DNA from: Ginglymostoma cirratum
Lineage: Eukaryota
DNA: 64,000 nt
Assembly: GCA_024137785.1 (NCBI GenBank)
Contig: JAHRHZ010000041.1
Span: 22,647,518-22,711,517 of the forward strand
Reading direction: 5' to 3'
In this document: positions 37,701 to 51,818 of the stretch, in pieces
How positions within the stretch are numbered: the first letter of the stretch is position 1
Layout: each line of letters opens with the position of its first letter
The notes under the pieces: model-generated
Databases searched by the model: none
The model's input: the letters and a program-made list of their open reading frames with translations, nothing else
Told to the model about the DNA's origin: nothing
Made by a program: the position numbers and the translations under genes

Positions 37701-40526
37701 GCAAGTGAGCATGGAATTCACATCATGAGCTTCCTCACAGGCTCAACAGTGTTGCTGCAGGGTCCTCTGTTCAAAGTAGGCCTCAAATTGGTTAATGCAC
37801 TTTCTCGTTTTATTTTCCCCTTCTATGTTTAACCATTTCACCTTTCCTGGTGATAAGGTATTTCATTGATAGAAGGATGCCTTCCTCCTAGGTCCTGGGT
37901 AACATGAAATAAAAGCCACAATAGATGTTTTTGGCAGATTGGAATGTCACAAGCAACCAGGCAGAAAATAAATGCCTAAAATGTTGCTTTGTGGTCCTTG
38001 CTACTTTCAATATTTGATTAAAATCTAAGTTTGGGGTGGAAAATCTCTATCAAAGAGCTGGTATGGGCATGTTTGGCCAAATAGCCTTTTCTGAGCCCTG
38101 TACAATCCTATAGGGTTCAGTAAACTGAGAATAAAACTGGAAGCCAGTGTTGGTGACTAAATTTTACCATGAATATCGCTTGGAAAGCCAGTAATTTTTT
38201 CAAGAAAACAATGCAAAATCTACCAAAAATTGGTTGCCAAGAAAAATGGAAATATTTTCCCAATCAGAATCATTTTTTTTAAATCATGTTGCCATTTACA
38301 TGCTATAATGTAATGTGTTTAAGATAGTTCTTTATTCTGATGTTCAAAGTGACAGATTTTTAGTGAATATGTCATAGCAAGGATGCAAATACTTTAAAAC
38401 AGGGATTTCCACCTTATATAAATTGCACAATGTAAGGCATGCTGCATTTTTGATGTGACTTTTAAACCAATCAGTCTTAAGTTCCTGATAGCACGGACTG
38501 GTGGTATTTCTCAGGACTGTATCTGCGCCAACCATGCACCAAGTGCACGTTGGGAAAGTTCTTCACTTTTTTTTCATTCTGACGAGAAATGTTTCAGATG
38601 ATAACAATATGTTTTCCTCTATTTATATTGCTGCTTCAAAGTGCCTTTGTTTTTCATGACATAACTCACTTTTGATCCACTTGGACTGTCATCTTTATGG
38701 TTACTGCTAGAAAGGGGAAAAAAATCACTCAAATCTTTTGTGTTGTTGAAAGTTCAAGTATTCCCCTTTAAAGTCACATCTGCTCAGGCAATGCATGCTT
38801 CTGCTAGATAAATGTTGTTGCATTTGTCTTCTGAGTTGCTCAATGTGATTGTTCCTAAGCATTTCCCCTAATCCTGCCATTTCTCCCCCTTCTGTCAGCA
38901 TGGTGAAGCCCATCGTAGATAAATATTTATGTTCTTAGATGCAATGTAATCATTTACTAACCGTCATTAATTTCACATTGCAGCAAATTGTTAGGAACTG
39001 TCAAAGAAATTCAGTGGAATTATTTTGAAATGATGAGGTGATATTGCATAAACTGAATAAGTTGTTTGTGATTGATGGGTCTGCTGAAAATAAAGAGGTT
39101 TTGTCTTTCTGAGTCTCAAAAAAAAATGCACTTAACCTTATGGAAGCAGTGTAGATTTCAAATAAGCAAAAATTGGCAGCTAAAATCATTACTCAAACAA
39201 AATTGGTAATCTAGTCCACATCACAGTATATGATGTTACCTTTCTATTCCATCTTGTGCGAGAGCCATTTTTCAATCTTGCTGAAAGACAGGACACTCTG
39301 GCGAAAGCATGACCAATCTATCCTTCAGACTAACTAACAAATTTTCCACATGATGTAATAAAATGAATATTGAAGGGACTGGACAGCACTGATTCCTGGA
39401 ACACTGCTTTTTCATCTCAGTGATGAGATTTGAATCAAGGCCAAACAAACGGATACTTCACTCTCTGATAGCTGTTCAAGGAATCAAAATAATGCTGTAA
39501 ATGCCTTGCAGAAATGTGTTGTAAAGTGTCTCTCTAAATTTACCTCCTACAGTGACAGTGGCATGTTTATAGCAAAGGAGGTTGTTTAACACCAAAAACT
39601 GTACATGTGTGATTTTTAATAGCTGCGTACTTTGTGTTCAGCTCATCTGCTCAATTTTGCATCTTTACTGTAGGAGTTTGATACACACTGGTAATTGTGT
39701 CTGAAAATTGCTTAAAAAGCAAAGGTTAAAAATGTAAACAAATTTACATTTGTCATTCACTTCCTTGGGCAATATCCACGAGAACAATGAGTTCTGGTTG
39801 GTTTGTTTCCAGCATTCCCTGCCACTTTGCCTCCTTACTCATCGTAGATTTGTCTTCCTATTTGTAATCACAAATACCCTGACAAAAATGAATGTGCACA
39901 CCAAACTGTGTAGCAAAATAAATCTAAAAACAAGTAATCTAAGATTTTTTTTTAACTTGGCAGTTTTAAAATAGAATAGTGTGATTGATATTACAGATCA
40001 CATTGTCATTAAAATTGACATGCCTCCCTCAAGCAAATCTTTTATTTTAGTAATTTTATAATGATGTTTCTTCCCTGATTTTTTGGGAGTATTTACTTCA
40101 TGGTGGGGAACAATCAACAGCTGATGAACAATATCCAGTGTTTTGACAATGCGGTCTTTCTTCATGTGAGCTGAGTTGTGAATGTCAAGGAGCTTCTTGA
40201 TTATGTGGCATCACAACCAAATTGAAATTATTTTCCATATTCAGTTAGCAGATTTGATCTTTACACACTTTCATCCTTTTAACATTGCAGTTGTGGTGGG
40301 TTCAATTTTGGAAGTGGATGAGAACTGCATATCCAAAATGTGCACCTGTTTTAGGTGATTGGCCCTTCGCTTATGGAAATCGGGGTCCTAAGCCTATCCT
40401 AGTGGTCCTTAACTTTTGGCTATCTTCTGCAGACTGCACGCTAAGTATCATCGTTCCTGCTGTCTGCAGCATGCCGAAGGCATAAGTTTACCCTCAATCA
40501 TGCTGGTTCCTAAGCCTTCATAAGTA

Positions 40527-40830
40527 GGGCAACACAGTGACTCAGTGGTTAGCACTGCTGTGTCAGGGACTTGGGTTCAATTCCACCCTCAGGCAACTGT
40601 CTGTGTGGAGTTTGCACATTCTCCCCTTGTCTGTGCGGGATTCCTATGGGTGGTCCGGTTTCTTCCCACAGTCCAAAGATGTGCAGGCTAGGTGGATTAA
40701 CCATGGGAATTGCAAGATGATAGGGTAGAGGATGGGTCTGGGTGGGATGCTCTTTGGAGGGGGACGCGGGGTAGTGTGGGCTCAAGGGGCTGAATGGCCC
40801 GCCTCCACACTGCAGGGATTCTATGACTCT
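40527..40830 (+). mobile_element. HE1 SINE (elasmobranch V-SINE)
   Basis: A box gtgactcagtggttagc, B box gggttcaattcc, V domain tgtctgtgtggagtttgcacattctcccc...cccacagtccaaagatgtgcagg, HER1-like tail gggctgaatggcc...gggattctatga. Confidence 0.92.
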
Positions 40831-42489
40831 TCTTATCTCTTGGACCATAAACTTGCATTTGTACTGGCTAAATATCCATGTAAAATCCTATCTAGGCTGC
40901 TCTCTAAACCACAGAGTGTTCCAACCTCCATGCTGCCATTTGATATAATAAAGCCTATTGACATTGTGACTTCATAAATACAGCTCTCTTTCAGGAGCTG
41001 CACCTAGAAGTGATAAACAAAGGCCAACATTCAGCTCCAAGAGTAAACAAAGAAAGGTGGTTGGTGCTGAAAGTATGACTGTGCCTCAAGCATGCCCTAC
41101 CTTCCAACAATATGTGCATCATAATGGAATAGTAATGTTGGTATGTGAAGGATATCAGAGGAGGTGAAGCAAGTGATAAGAGAATGAAAATGTGTGGTAT
41201 TCATATCAGAAAGTGTTCTGCAGTGATTAAAGAACAGGTGTTGGTCATCAAGTGATAAGAAATAGGGGTGAGTACCAGAACAGCTATACATGATTAAGCA
41301 GAGAGCAGTGACAGGTATGAGATAGGAATCTTACATTAGCAACTCTTGTTAAGTCATTGCACTTTTTCCTGAATTCCAGTCAAATCTACAAGGATAAGCC
41401 CCTTGTATTGGCACACTGCCACCTTCTGTCCATTTTTCACCTAAACATTATTATTGCCTTTGGGAAGAAAATATCACAGCTCCTCTGCCAACACTGTTGT
41501 CAACATTTCCACTAAAGCCCAAAATCTATGGTGTCTTCCTGCCTCTCCTCTATCTACTATCTCAGCCAGTTGAATTAAATATCTTTGGCCACAGTCCAAC
41601 TCACCTCCAAGAGATGTAGATTACCTTTTAATAGCAGAGATAGCTAAGCTATCGAAGAATAGCATTAGCCATGCTGTTACCTCAACATGTTTTATGATAG
41701 TGAGGAGCCAAGACCAGATTCTGAGTTGTGCTCATGTAATTGAATGAATGCTGGCCATACAAAGCCAAGATTGAATTTGAAAATGAAGCTCGGATGAATT
41801 CCAATTCCAGTTTCACTTATCACCGGAAGTAGGTACTTTGTTTATAAATGATCCGTGACAATGTTGAAAATGGCATTGCCTCTGACTCACCATGGGCAAT
41901 GCTTTAATTATTGTATACAGTGATCATTTTGTCTGTCAGATATCAGATGTTGTTGTCCTAAATGTAAATTCCTGCATCAAAGTATTAAAAACTTCAGCTA
42001 ATTGAACTATCTGCGCTGTCCATTCAGCCCCTACTTATCAGCCTCGTGGCCCTTGAATGGCTATACCACAGCCACCAAAGCAGTAAAATCTCTGCTACAT
42101 GTCTTCTGTTTGAAAACATGGTTTATGTCCTTCTGGTATGGCTCATTCTCCAACCTACAATGGGCCATAACCAGAGGAAATCCAAACAGCTGTACAAAAT
42201 GAAAATCACAGAAAATCTGTTAGCCAGAACTTAAAGATAATCGCAAATTCACTAGTCTGAAATTTATGTTTTAAGAAGCAGAGAGATCTGTCGTTGTTTT
42301 GGACAAAAAGATAATTTTTCCAATTAGAAAATGGGATGGGTCCCAATTTCTTGGACACTGATACTGCTATAACACATCCCTAGGAATGTAGGGGAGTGGT
42401 TTCATTTTTACAAGCAGCAATGTTATTGGTAATTTGATGTAAACTTTTATGTTTGATAGTGTGCTTGAACAAGTTACATTCGAGTTACA

Positions 42490-43062
42490 ATGGAATAACT
42501 CACCTCCTGACTTCTCAAAGCCTGTCCATCGTCTACAAGGCACAAGTCAGGAATGAGACGGAATATTCCCCACTTGCCTTGATGAGTGCAGCTCCAACAA
42601 CACTCAGGAAGCTTGGCACTATCCAAGACAAAGCAGCTCACTTGATTGGCACTTATTCCACAAACATCCACTCCCTGAATCACTGGCAAACAGTAGTAGC
42701 AGTACGTTCTATCTACAAGATGCGTTGCAGACATTAACAAAAGATCCTCAGGCAGCACTTGCCAAACCCACAACCACTTCCATCTAGAAGGACAAGGGCA
42801 GCAGATATATGGGAGCACCACTACCTTCAAGTTACCCTTCAAGCCACTCACCAACCTGACTTAGAAATATATCATCATTCCTTCACTGTCACTGGGTCAA
42901 AGTCCTGGAAATCCTTCTGTAATGGCATTGTGGGTCAACCCACAGCAGGTGGACTGCAGCAGTTCAAGAAGGCAGCTCACCACCACCTTCTCATGGGCAG
43001 CTAGGGATGGCCAAGAAATGATGGCCAACCAGCAATGTCCACGTCCCAAGAATGACTAAAAA
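42490..43062 (+). mobile_element. LINE 3' end (CR1/L2-group ORF2 C-terminus plus 3' tail)
   Basis: ORF 42453..42737 THLLTSQSLSIVYKAQVRNETEYSPLALMSAAPTTLRKLGTIQDKAAHLIG; ORF 42759..43004 SFTVTGSKSWKSF...LQQFKKAAHHHLL; tail agggatggccaagaaatg...ccacgtcccaagaatga. Confidence 0.85.
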
Positions 43063-46000
43063 ATAAACTTCTGTGCTCACCAAATTAAAAAATGGACCAG
43101 TTTGAGCTGGCATTAAATTTTGTGGAGCAGGCTGTAGTAAACAGTTTGAGTGAGAATTCATGGGGTTGGCATGACAGTTTAAAATTTGTAATCATGCTGG
43201 AAAATTAGAAAAGCGCATTGTAACAGTACCCAGTACATGAAATTGGAAGTATTATCCTGAGTTTTAGCTACATAATCAATCACTGTATGAGGATCCCCGC
43301 ATTCGCTCATGATTCGATCGCTGTTAATATGGAAAATGATTTTTTTCCTCCAGCGTAATGTCCCTTACTTTGATGAGTGCATACAAAAAGGTTGAAACAA
43401 TGCTGACTTCATTTGAGAGTCTTACAGCAATTAACTGATCTTTTTCAATTTACAGTGTTGTTAACAGTAATAACTTTTCGATACAATCAGGAAACATGGT
43501 GCAACAGCCAAAAGCTCCATTGAAAAGTTCAGTTGAAGCATGAAGTAACAATTTTCAGTCGATCATCTCATTTTTTTAAACATCTCTTTGCAGGTCTGTG
43601 GATGCCCATTGTTGTATCTGTCATCACTTTATGACAACAAAGTAACCCTGAGTAGTGATCATAAAATTAGACATTCTGACCAATTTTACTACTGACAGAG
43701 CATTGCAGGGTAAACTTTGGCTAAGAGAGTGTAGAAGTTTGTGCTCATAGAATATAATTGTGAGTCAGAGCCACTTCAGGACCCCATTCTGATTGTCAGA
43801 GAGCCTTATCTCAAGATCTTCTCAACGGCAGCCAACAATGAGGCCATCTCCAGGTCCACCATTTTCAATAGGATGGTGGAAAGAATGGAAGACCCAGCTG
43901 TAGAGGTGGGCTCTGCCAATGTCAGAGAGGAAACATGATGCAGCCTCTGAAGAGATTAAAGTCAGTGGGACAGCCAGTTGTCACAGCTGTACCTCACTGG
44001 TGGCTACGGCTTCCTGCACCTGACAGGTTTTGTTGCCGGTGAAATGTCAGGTTTCCTGGATGACATGTCCACTCAGCCCACCAGGCACTTCAGTGTGAAG
44101 ATTGTCTACCTACCATTGCCAGGTGGATGACCACTGCTGATGCTGAGCTGCCACTGGGAAGATCACTGAAGCAGGTCAGGCTGCTGATCTGACACTTTTC
44201 TCAAAAATTCCTCAGTGCACAACCTTAAAACCCACTCCTATATGACAAGACAGTTCCACCATCATCAAACTAAGCATCAAGAGCCACTGGAACTTCAGTT
44301 TGCCTCTTTAGATCCATTGATTTCATTCGGTACAAGGCTTGGAACTGAAAGTAACAAACTTACCTTTTTAAAATATGTGACGAACATCGGATAAATATTT
44401 CTTTTGGTATAATATTTAGCTAGTTGGTGCACCAGGAATCTTAATGCAATTGTAATTCACTCAATAGAGTTTTACTTGAATCAGTAAATGCAATATCTAA
44501 AAAAGAATCGTTGCAAACACATTCAGGCATAGTGGCAAGAGAAATGGGAAAAATAACTAAATAAGCTTAATTGGCATATCTGATGGCTTGGTCTGTTCAG
44601 CAAGGTAATAGTTTTGGTTTCAGGAAATGAAACTCCTTTTCAATTCTTGCAGCCAATGTAACCATCAAATGACCCAAACTAGGAATTGCACAGTCCAGGA
44701 GCAAAGCAGATCTACCATTTCATTGCCTTCACCTCAAGCCAAAAGAGCAGGCTGCAGGATCAAAGCATTTTTTTCATGTCCTTGTATCACTCTAAGATTA
44801 TGATTGAGATCACTGAAAAACCTTCTCTCATGTGCCTCCCACAATAAAGCCACAATGCAACTGAATAGTCGCTGACAGAGACTTTTACTGTTCATTGGGA
44901 TTATGCACAGGCTTTCATCTTGGTATGTTCATATTTGTATTTCAGGCTTTCATTACAGAGAGGTGTTTCTCAACTCATTAGCCTTGATCAGATTCAAAAC
45001 TAGGTCCTGTGTGTGAAAATACCATGGGCTGTCTCCCTTCACGATCAGATACATCCTTTTCATCTAACTTATATGTTTATATGTTTTACTGGATATGTTT
45101 TACTGGATACAAATTCATCACTGTATTTCAAAATAGTTATATTGAATGAGAGCTTTCATGTGTCTTTTAATTGTTGAGCTGCAAATTGCAAAAAAAAAAT
45201 CCTGTGAATATTTTTTCTACAAAATATACATTTTAGTTCAGTGTGACGCACAGAAAAAAAGTACCATAGATGTATTTTGGAAGAGTTCTGCGGCCTACAT
45301 ACATAGATTATAATCATTTTGAAAATGCAAAAATGCGCAATGTTTCACAAAGTAGCTAAATTCTTTACACATTAATTATTGTGTTTGTTATTATCAGATC
45401 TATATTTCAAGACATTTAATTTTAAAGATTTAGAAATTAAGTAGTTTTACATTCTAGTTGAGGAAGGCCTGCTCAACCTTGTTAAAAAAGATACAAATGC
45501 AATACTGATCAGTATTAAGTCGTGTGCAATCAATACTGTTCAATTTGCAAAGTGACATCCATGATAAATGCTATCTAAGGGTGTTGTACTTCATTGTCCT
45601 TCCTTAACTAATGTGTACAGGAATGGGGAATTGCCACTGGAGGCTGATAATATGGCAATTTAACACCAGTCGGGTTGCACTGAATTGCTTTACGCTGGAT
45701 GCTGATATTATCAACTTTGCACAGATCAGCAGGTTTATAAAAAAAGAGATTGTAGCATCTGGGATGAAGCATATATTGGACTGAGCAGTGTCAGGGCAAT
45801 TTTAAATCCAATCTACCTGTCAGAAAAGAAGCAGGTTTGAGTACAATGCTGCTTTATAGCCTACCTTATATTATTTTGTTGTCTATTCTGAAAAGAAAGT
45901 CCATTTACAGGTGACATACAAAGCAAATATTCCAAATAATCCCACTGGTTTACCCACTTCGTGAGTTAGATTAAAATTATTCCCAAAAATCTGGATTTAA

Positions 46001-47936
46001 GGCAATTAGAACAACGTGGTTTACAATTATTTTTTAACACCACCATGGACCTTCATACACTGAAATTGACAGCTCAGTGTAGTTGGCTTCTGTTTACTAT
46101 CTGGTCTAAGTGGTTATCCTTCTAACTAAACCTGATTCTTCGAGCAGAAGGATCACAGATGTGTGTGATCCTATCCTCATCTGCCATGCGTACATCTATA
46201 TTTTTGAGAAGTTGTTGCTCTGTAATCTTGCATTAATTGTTCTCCTCCATAATCCAAGGACACTGAACTTCTGTTACCACAGCGAGTGTGACACTAACTC
46301 AGTGCAAGCCAGAGACCAAACTTGGGATATTATTGATCTCTATGTGTACATTGACATCCCAAACAAGCTGTTGTAATTATGCTACAATAATATATTGAGT
46401 TTCTGGTGCTAAGGTGGGACTATAATGAGGGTGAAGTAGAAAATTATATATTAGTATAGTTTTGAGTAGTTCAGACCTTCAGTATTGTTGAAAAACAGAC
46501 AAATTTCGTTAAGGCTTTTCACCTTGCACTCATCAGGACAATTTGCAAGAAATAATTATGTAAAAGTAAAAAGTCCTTTCTACAAAAAAAAGAGTACTGA
46601 TTGGTTGACCAGTGGAATGTAGTAGAGGTGTTGTTATAAAGAATGCACCAATTGTCAAATGTCTGACAGTTAACTCAGAAACTTTGTTTAAATCTAGTCC
46701 AGGCAGGTTCACTCTGAACCAGCGAATAACTATCACCTGTTGAGCTGAAACAGGTATAATGTGGATATATGTTTTTGTCAGTCTGCAGCAAGCAAGGTCT
46801 TATGCATTCTTAAATATATATTTGATATATCACCTCCAGTACAGGCAAGTGCACCACACAGCGAGCCCAACTGAAAATCTTAAATAGATTTAAGTATCAT
46901 TTTTAGCACATTTGCGATTATTTAGCAAGTGTTTTCCAATCACAGAATCATGCCAAATATTGGACACTATGTTTTGAGTTTTGCAATCACAAGCCAGTTG
47001 GGTATGAACAATGCCATATATGTTGTGAATAACCAAAAGGACATGCTATTTTATGCAAGCTGCCACTATTTAGTACTTAATCAGATTAAAATGTTGTTAT
47101 AATGTTACTTAAAAGTTAATTAAAATGTTGTTTGAGTTTTACACTGGTATTTCTTGTAAATTGGCTTGATGAGTATAGATGCAACTCTGCAATAAAATCT
47201 GTAATTTTTTCAGCAATTATGAGGTATTAATAAAGGTGCCCCTATAAAAATGGTGTTTTACAAGCTGAGGTTTTTCATGCTAAAATAATGTATTGAGTCA
47301 TTTTTAATTATCATATTTATGTTTTCTTCATATTTGATTTAAATAATAATGTCATAAGTATCATTGATTACCATGACATCATCAGTGGGACAGTCCACTA
47401 AGCAGGGGATTGGAGATACTTATTCAGAATGTGTAACCTATTCAATTTTAAACTGTTAATGGGAGGTTCACTTTCAATGCAAAGATTTAGGTAAAGTAAT
47501 GCAGATTTGGTTTAACTCTGACATTGGCCCAACATCTGTGTCAGCAAAGACTGCATGAGTCCTATATTCAAATGTCCCATAAATCTCTTAATCTATGCAC
47601 CTTTGAACAAACTTTCAAAAGCAACTATCAAGAATATGAGAGAGAAATTTAACTGGCCCTCATTTCAGGCCTACATTTTGGGTAGTGCAGGCTGTTTATG
47701 CTCCAGCCTTGAGGCCGAAGGCCATCCTGGATTATGCCCTGGATTATGTTTTTAATAATTTAGTCAAACTGCCAGCACATGACATACCTTCATGCACTGC
47801 ATGCCTATTAGGAGAAATTCATATTGGGCCTTATGTCTTGTAGTCAGCCAAGCTGATACTTCACAAACTGTGTGTTGTAAATGATCTCCATTCACTTGCC
47901 ATTTATTGCTTCACAATTTTTTTTCCTCCTCTTTAG

Positions 47937-48030
47937 GTTCTTCTACAGCACTCAGCATTGCCTGCTGAGAGGCAGGGCTAGCAAACTGCATCCAGGTATC
48001 TGCCCATGTTACTCTCTAACTACCCACTAG
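47937..48030 (+). other. Candidate cryptic/alternative exon (donor after 47995 or 48030)
   Basis: Very strong acceptor ttttttttcctcctctttag|G. Open in phase 2 (FFYSTQHCLLRGRASKLHP...). Donors CAG|GTATCT and TAG|GTGAGG. Confidence 0.25.
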
Positions 48031-49099
48031 GTGAGGTGTTCACAATTGTCTAGTGTGACACCCTACCTGTAAAGAAACATTACAGAGATACCCAAACCGT
48101 ATTTCCCATCTCTGCACCCCCCCATCACCAACCACACTCCAAAAGCAAATCATTTAACTATATGATGCCATATAAGATATTGTTACAGGATATCCATATC
48201 CAAACACTGAATCACACAGTTTGTTGGTGCATTAGTCTCCTAGCCTGAAGATCCTTGATAATTGATGTAGGTGTCCGGATAGGCTAAATGATGCTCCCAA
48301 ATGAACTGTCACTTGTCGTATCAATATTATGAAGGCAATAGGGTATCTGCAGAAGTTATACCATAATTTGTGAACTAATCTTAGAAGTGTGTATGGTGTT
48401 CCAATAAAAATATCACATTGTTAAAAAAAGATCCATTCACAGTACTTAATTTCTCATCATTTGCTGAGATACACATATAACTAAATTTAACATTACAAAA
48501 GTGTACATTACAACTTTTCTAGTTCTTCTTTTTGATGAACCAGTGTTTCGTTGAAGCCATTCACATTTTTTTTGGCATTTCGGTCAGTGGATTGCTGGCC
48601 TGCTTGGCTAGGAATGTATCTGAAGCAAGTATACCCTTGCAATGAAATATACGTTCTCAAGAATTCTATTTACATTTAATCTGACCCTCTGACTAAGAAA
48701 GGGACTGAGATTTCTTAATGCAATCAACACTTCCATAATCTGAAGCTGCAGTGGGAATGATTGGAAACACTGGGTAAAATTCGTCAGAAAGGATATCCCT
48801 GGTTCAATTACACTCCATCCAATATCTTTCACTATTAACTACATATCCCATATCTAATACAAAAAATAACAAACTGTAACTTTAAAGAAAATGCTTGGTC
48901 CATTAACACATAAAAAGCTTGCTGACATTACCATCTTTAAGGATTTGCCATTTTCTGAAAGTTAGTTTGAGTTATTTGGTATTTATTATTTAGTATTTAT
49001 TGAATCTATTTACACCACACACCTTTGGGGACGATAATCTGCATTCTTAACTCTACCAACACTGTTCCAAGGCCAAGTCACTAAGAGCAACCTGAGATA

Positions 49100-50261
49100 A
49101 TACTGTGAGGTAATGTCTGAATTTTATTTCAGGGCTGAGTGTCAAAATCTTTGCCTGTTTTTAACAGGGTGGTCAGAAATCCGTAGTGTAATTGGTAGTT
49201 TAACCATTGTATTGAGCTTGGTTTGCAATATGAAAGGGACCTATTTCAAAATGTCCAGAGAATACACCTGCTTAAGATGTTGCCCCCTTTTTATATGGAA
49301 TTTAGGGACCTGTGACTTAAATAGGTCAGTACCACCCTATCCTTCATGATTGTGAACCTGTGCCCTCATGCAAAATTTATCTTGCAGCTTGTTGCTTTTG
49401 CTTAATCTTGAGGCTTCAATCCAGCAACCTACCTAAGATCCTAGCTGATATTATTATTGGTTAAGTCATATCTTAGACAGGAACTTGGCTTGATAGATCA
49501 TAATTTTATTTCTGGTTTTAACAATTGTCTCTCACTGCAGCGTTGCACACTTATATTTCAGAGTTGCACTCACAACAAAACAGAAGTTTATTACAAAAGA
49601 AATAATGATAAAATAGAATAATCCAAACTACCCACTTATAATACAAATCCAAACGTTTTAAACATACAGTAGAAGTGTAATCCTATTAATCCCAAAACCT
49701 TCCTTTATGAATTGAAAAGCAGCTTTGGTTTAGTACCCAAAATACCACTCCTGGCACACTTCTCAAAACACCCCTACTTCAGTTCCTAATAACAACACTC
49801 ATATAATTCTCACACCAGAATCCCTTTATCTAACATCTTTTGGTAAACTTAAGTCTCTTGGAACTGCAAGTTTTAGACTGGAACTGTGATAGCTTCTTCC
49901 TAAAGCTTCAGTGTACTCATTAAATAAACAGTTGCAGATTTTCATCCCACCACTCCCAGTCTGGACTAACACTAACTTAACCAAGGTAAGTGAATTCATT
50001 AAATCTGCCTTCCTTCCTCAGGAACTCTGCTGTGTGGAGCAAATCTGTTCCAAGGGACTAAAATGTGGTCCAAGTTAGAAGTGAAACTAAAGCTCTCAGA
50101 TATGGGCTTTTCACTTAAGCCTAAAAAGTTCCAGATTCCAAAGTGTTCTGACCAACCTTTGAGGCCCCATGAATTAATGTCCTGAGTCATAAATAATAAA
50201 ATAAAACAAACCTACAGCCAGGGGTTCAAAATTGTTTTTAAAAGAAATCAGCATGGTTACA
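49100..50261. mobile_element. Possible solo LTR or LTR-element remnant
   Basis: Distinct C/A-skewed block ending ...catggttaca, with candidate TGTGA starts at ~49103 and ~49311. No matching TSD found. Confidence 0.3.
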
Positions 50262-51696
50262 GAAAAACTTACAATTTAGCTATTAACTTCAGACACCCTG
50301 AATAAAAGCCCACCAGTTACTAACTCAAAAACCAGACCCAAATTCATGCCAAAAATCATTAAAAATTAAGCAGATAATTCCCACCATTTACATCACATTT
50401 AGGCAGGGGCAAAGCAGCAGGACATCAAACTCCCTTCATTTGAGAGTGTGGTTTGTGGCAAGGGAACAGTTTTAAAACAAAAGGGGCAAAGGAAAATTGA
50501 AAGAAAGTACACAGCTAAGGCATAGAGTTTTCATCCAAGGAAACTCTGAGTTGATTTATAGTGCCCAATTACCACCATCTCTTCATATTCTATTTCAATT
50601 GCTTTCGTATGCATCATGCAAAGAATTTCCAGAATGAAAGACTGCAAAAAAGATAGAAAATTGGACACTATAGTGCACTTTGTAAAGAGCAAAACTGTGC
50701 AACAAGATCCAATTTCAGGAACCAGTGCTTTTAACTCAAAGACATGCAACCCTAAATTTGTAAAGTCTAGCTTTGCAGAGTCTGCTTGAAGTGCCTAAAA
50801 TAGACATTAGATCCATCAAGGTGCCTAATGCCTGTTTTCAGTCCTTATGCAGGAATGGGTTGCTGATGAACGCAGGAGGTCTACCTCATTTGAATTGCAC
50901 ATGATTGGTGATTTCCCTTCCTACTTTATAGCTAGCATGCTCTCCTTGTTGTAGAACTTGCCTTCAAAGCCAAGTTGAATGTGGAGACACAACAAATGCT
51001 GGCCGCTCAACCAAATTAAAAAATATAGTTGAGGTTCAATCTCAGGTAAGCCTGAGGCCTCAATAATGCATGCGCCTGAAAATGAGCTGTAATGATTTTC
51101 TATCCGATGTTCTTTTCTGTTTACAGAGAACCAGCTTCAGACAGGGTGACACAGTGAGTTGGTAGTCACTTTCCATGTATGCCTTTACAGTTCCTGACAT
51201 GGTGACTGTAGATCTCAATTTTGTTTGTTTTGGTGGCAAAATACCCATCACAAAGCAATCATTTTTCCATGAGAATGAAATAATGATTGCCCAGATCACT
51301 GCCCCTGCCCTGCAACATCAAACAGTAAGAAGCACTTCCCTAGTCCAGATGGTGCATCATTCAGTGTGTTCTATTTTGGGTACGTTGAATAACCTGGTCA
51401 AAGGAGGTGAAGAGGGAAGCAAGCGAGAAATGAGGAAAAAGTGTTTTAAAACTTGATTGAGTTTACATAATATGGCAATGTGGGACATATTTTAAAATTG
51501 GTTCTACTTGATTGAATATCTTAGACCCAGTCTAGCCAAACAAATGGTTGAGGTTTGGTTCAGATACTGCAGTTAATTGCAGAGAGTAGATGTTTTACTT
51601 GGCAAGTTACCATCAGTGATGTAGACAGTTTTAAGTCAGACTGCCTATGTGTTGAAGTTGAATTCTTCCCCACTCTCTTCTCTCTTGATCCCACAG

Positions 51697-51818
51697 GAGG
51701 CCTCCAGATACACATGGTGCGGCTGCTGTACCTGAGAGTTTCGAAGTACTGAGATACCCACGAGTGCGAAAGCCCAAGAAAGCACTGCAGCTCACCTCAA
51801 AGGCACGACAAAAAAACA
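51697..51818 (+). CDS. IGSF9B: IGSF9B penultimate coding exon (long isoform)
   Basis: Long pyrimidine tract, ccacag|G...AAC A|gtgagt. Encodes RPPDTHGAAAVPESFEVLRYPRVRKPKKALQLTSKARQKN, resembling the mammalian AAAPERLEALKYQRIKKPKK segment. Phases 2/1 bridge 28328 and 60801. Confidence 0.88.

Noticed and set aside
40527-40600. tRNA gene (A and B boxes)
   Set aside because: This is the tRNA-derived head of an HE1 SINE. It runs into the V domain and has no acceptor stem.
43750-44210. GC-richer block with ORF 43741..43938
   Set aside because: Only a faint SANT-like resemblance. Probably a decayed Harbinger-type remnant and too weak to annotate.
45079-45106. 14-bp tandem duplication (atatgttttactgg x2); similar ones at ~30722 and ~54850
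   Set aside because: Ordinary slippage duplications with no evident function.
51694-51699. NAGNAG acceptor CAG GAG
   Set aside because: GAG is a poor acceptor and the effect would be one residue. No further evidence.
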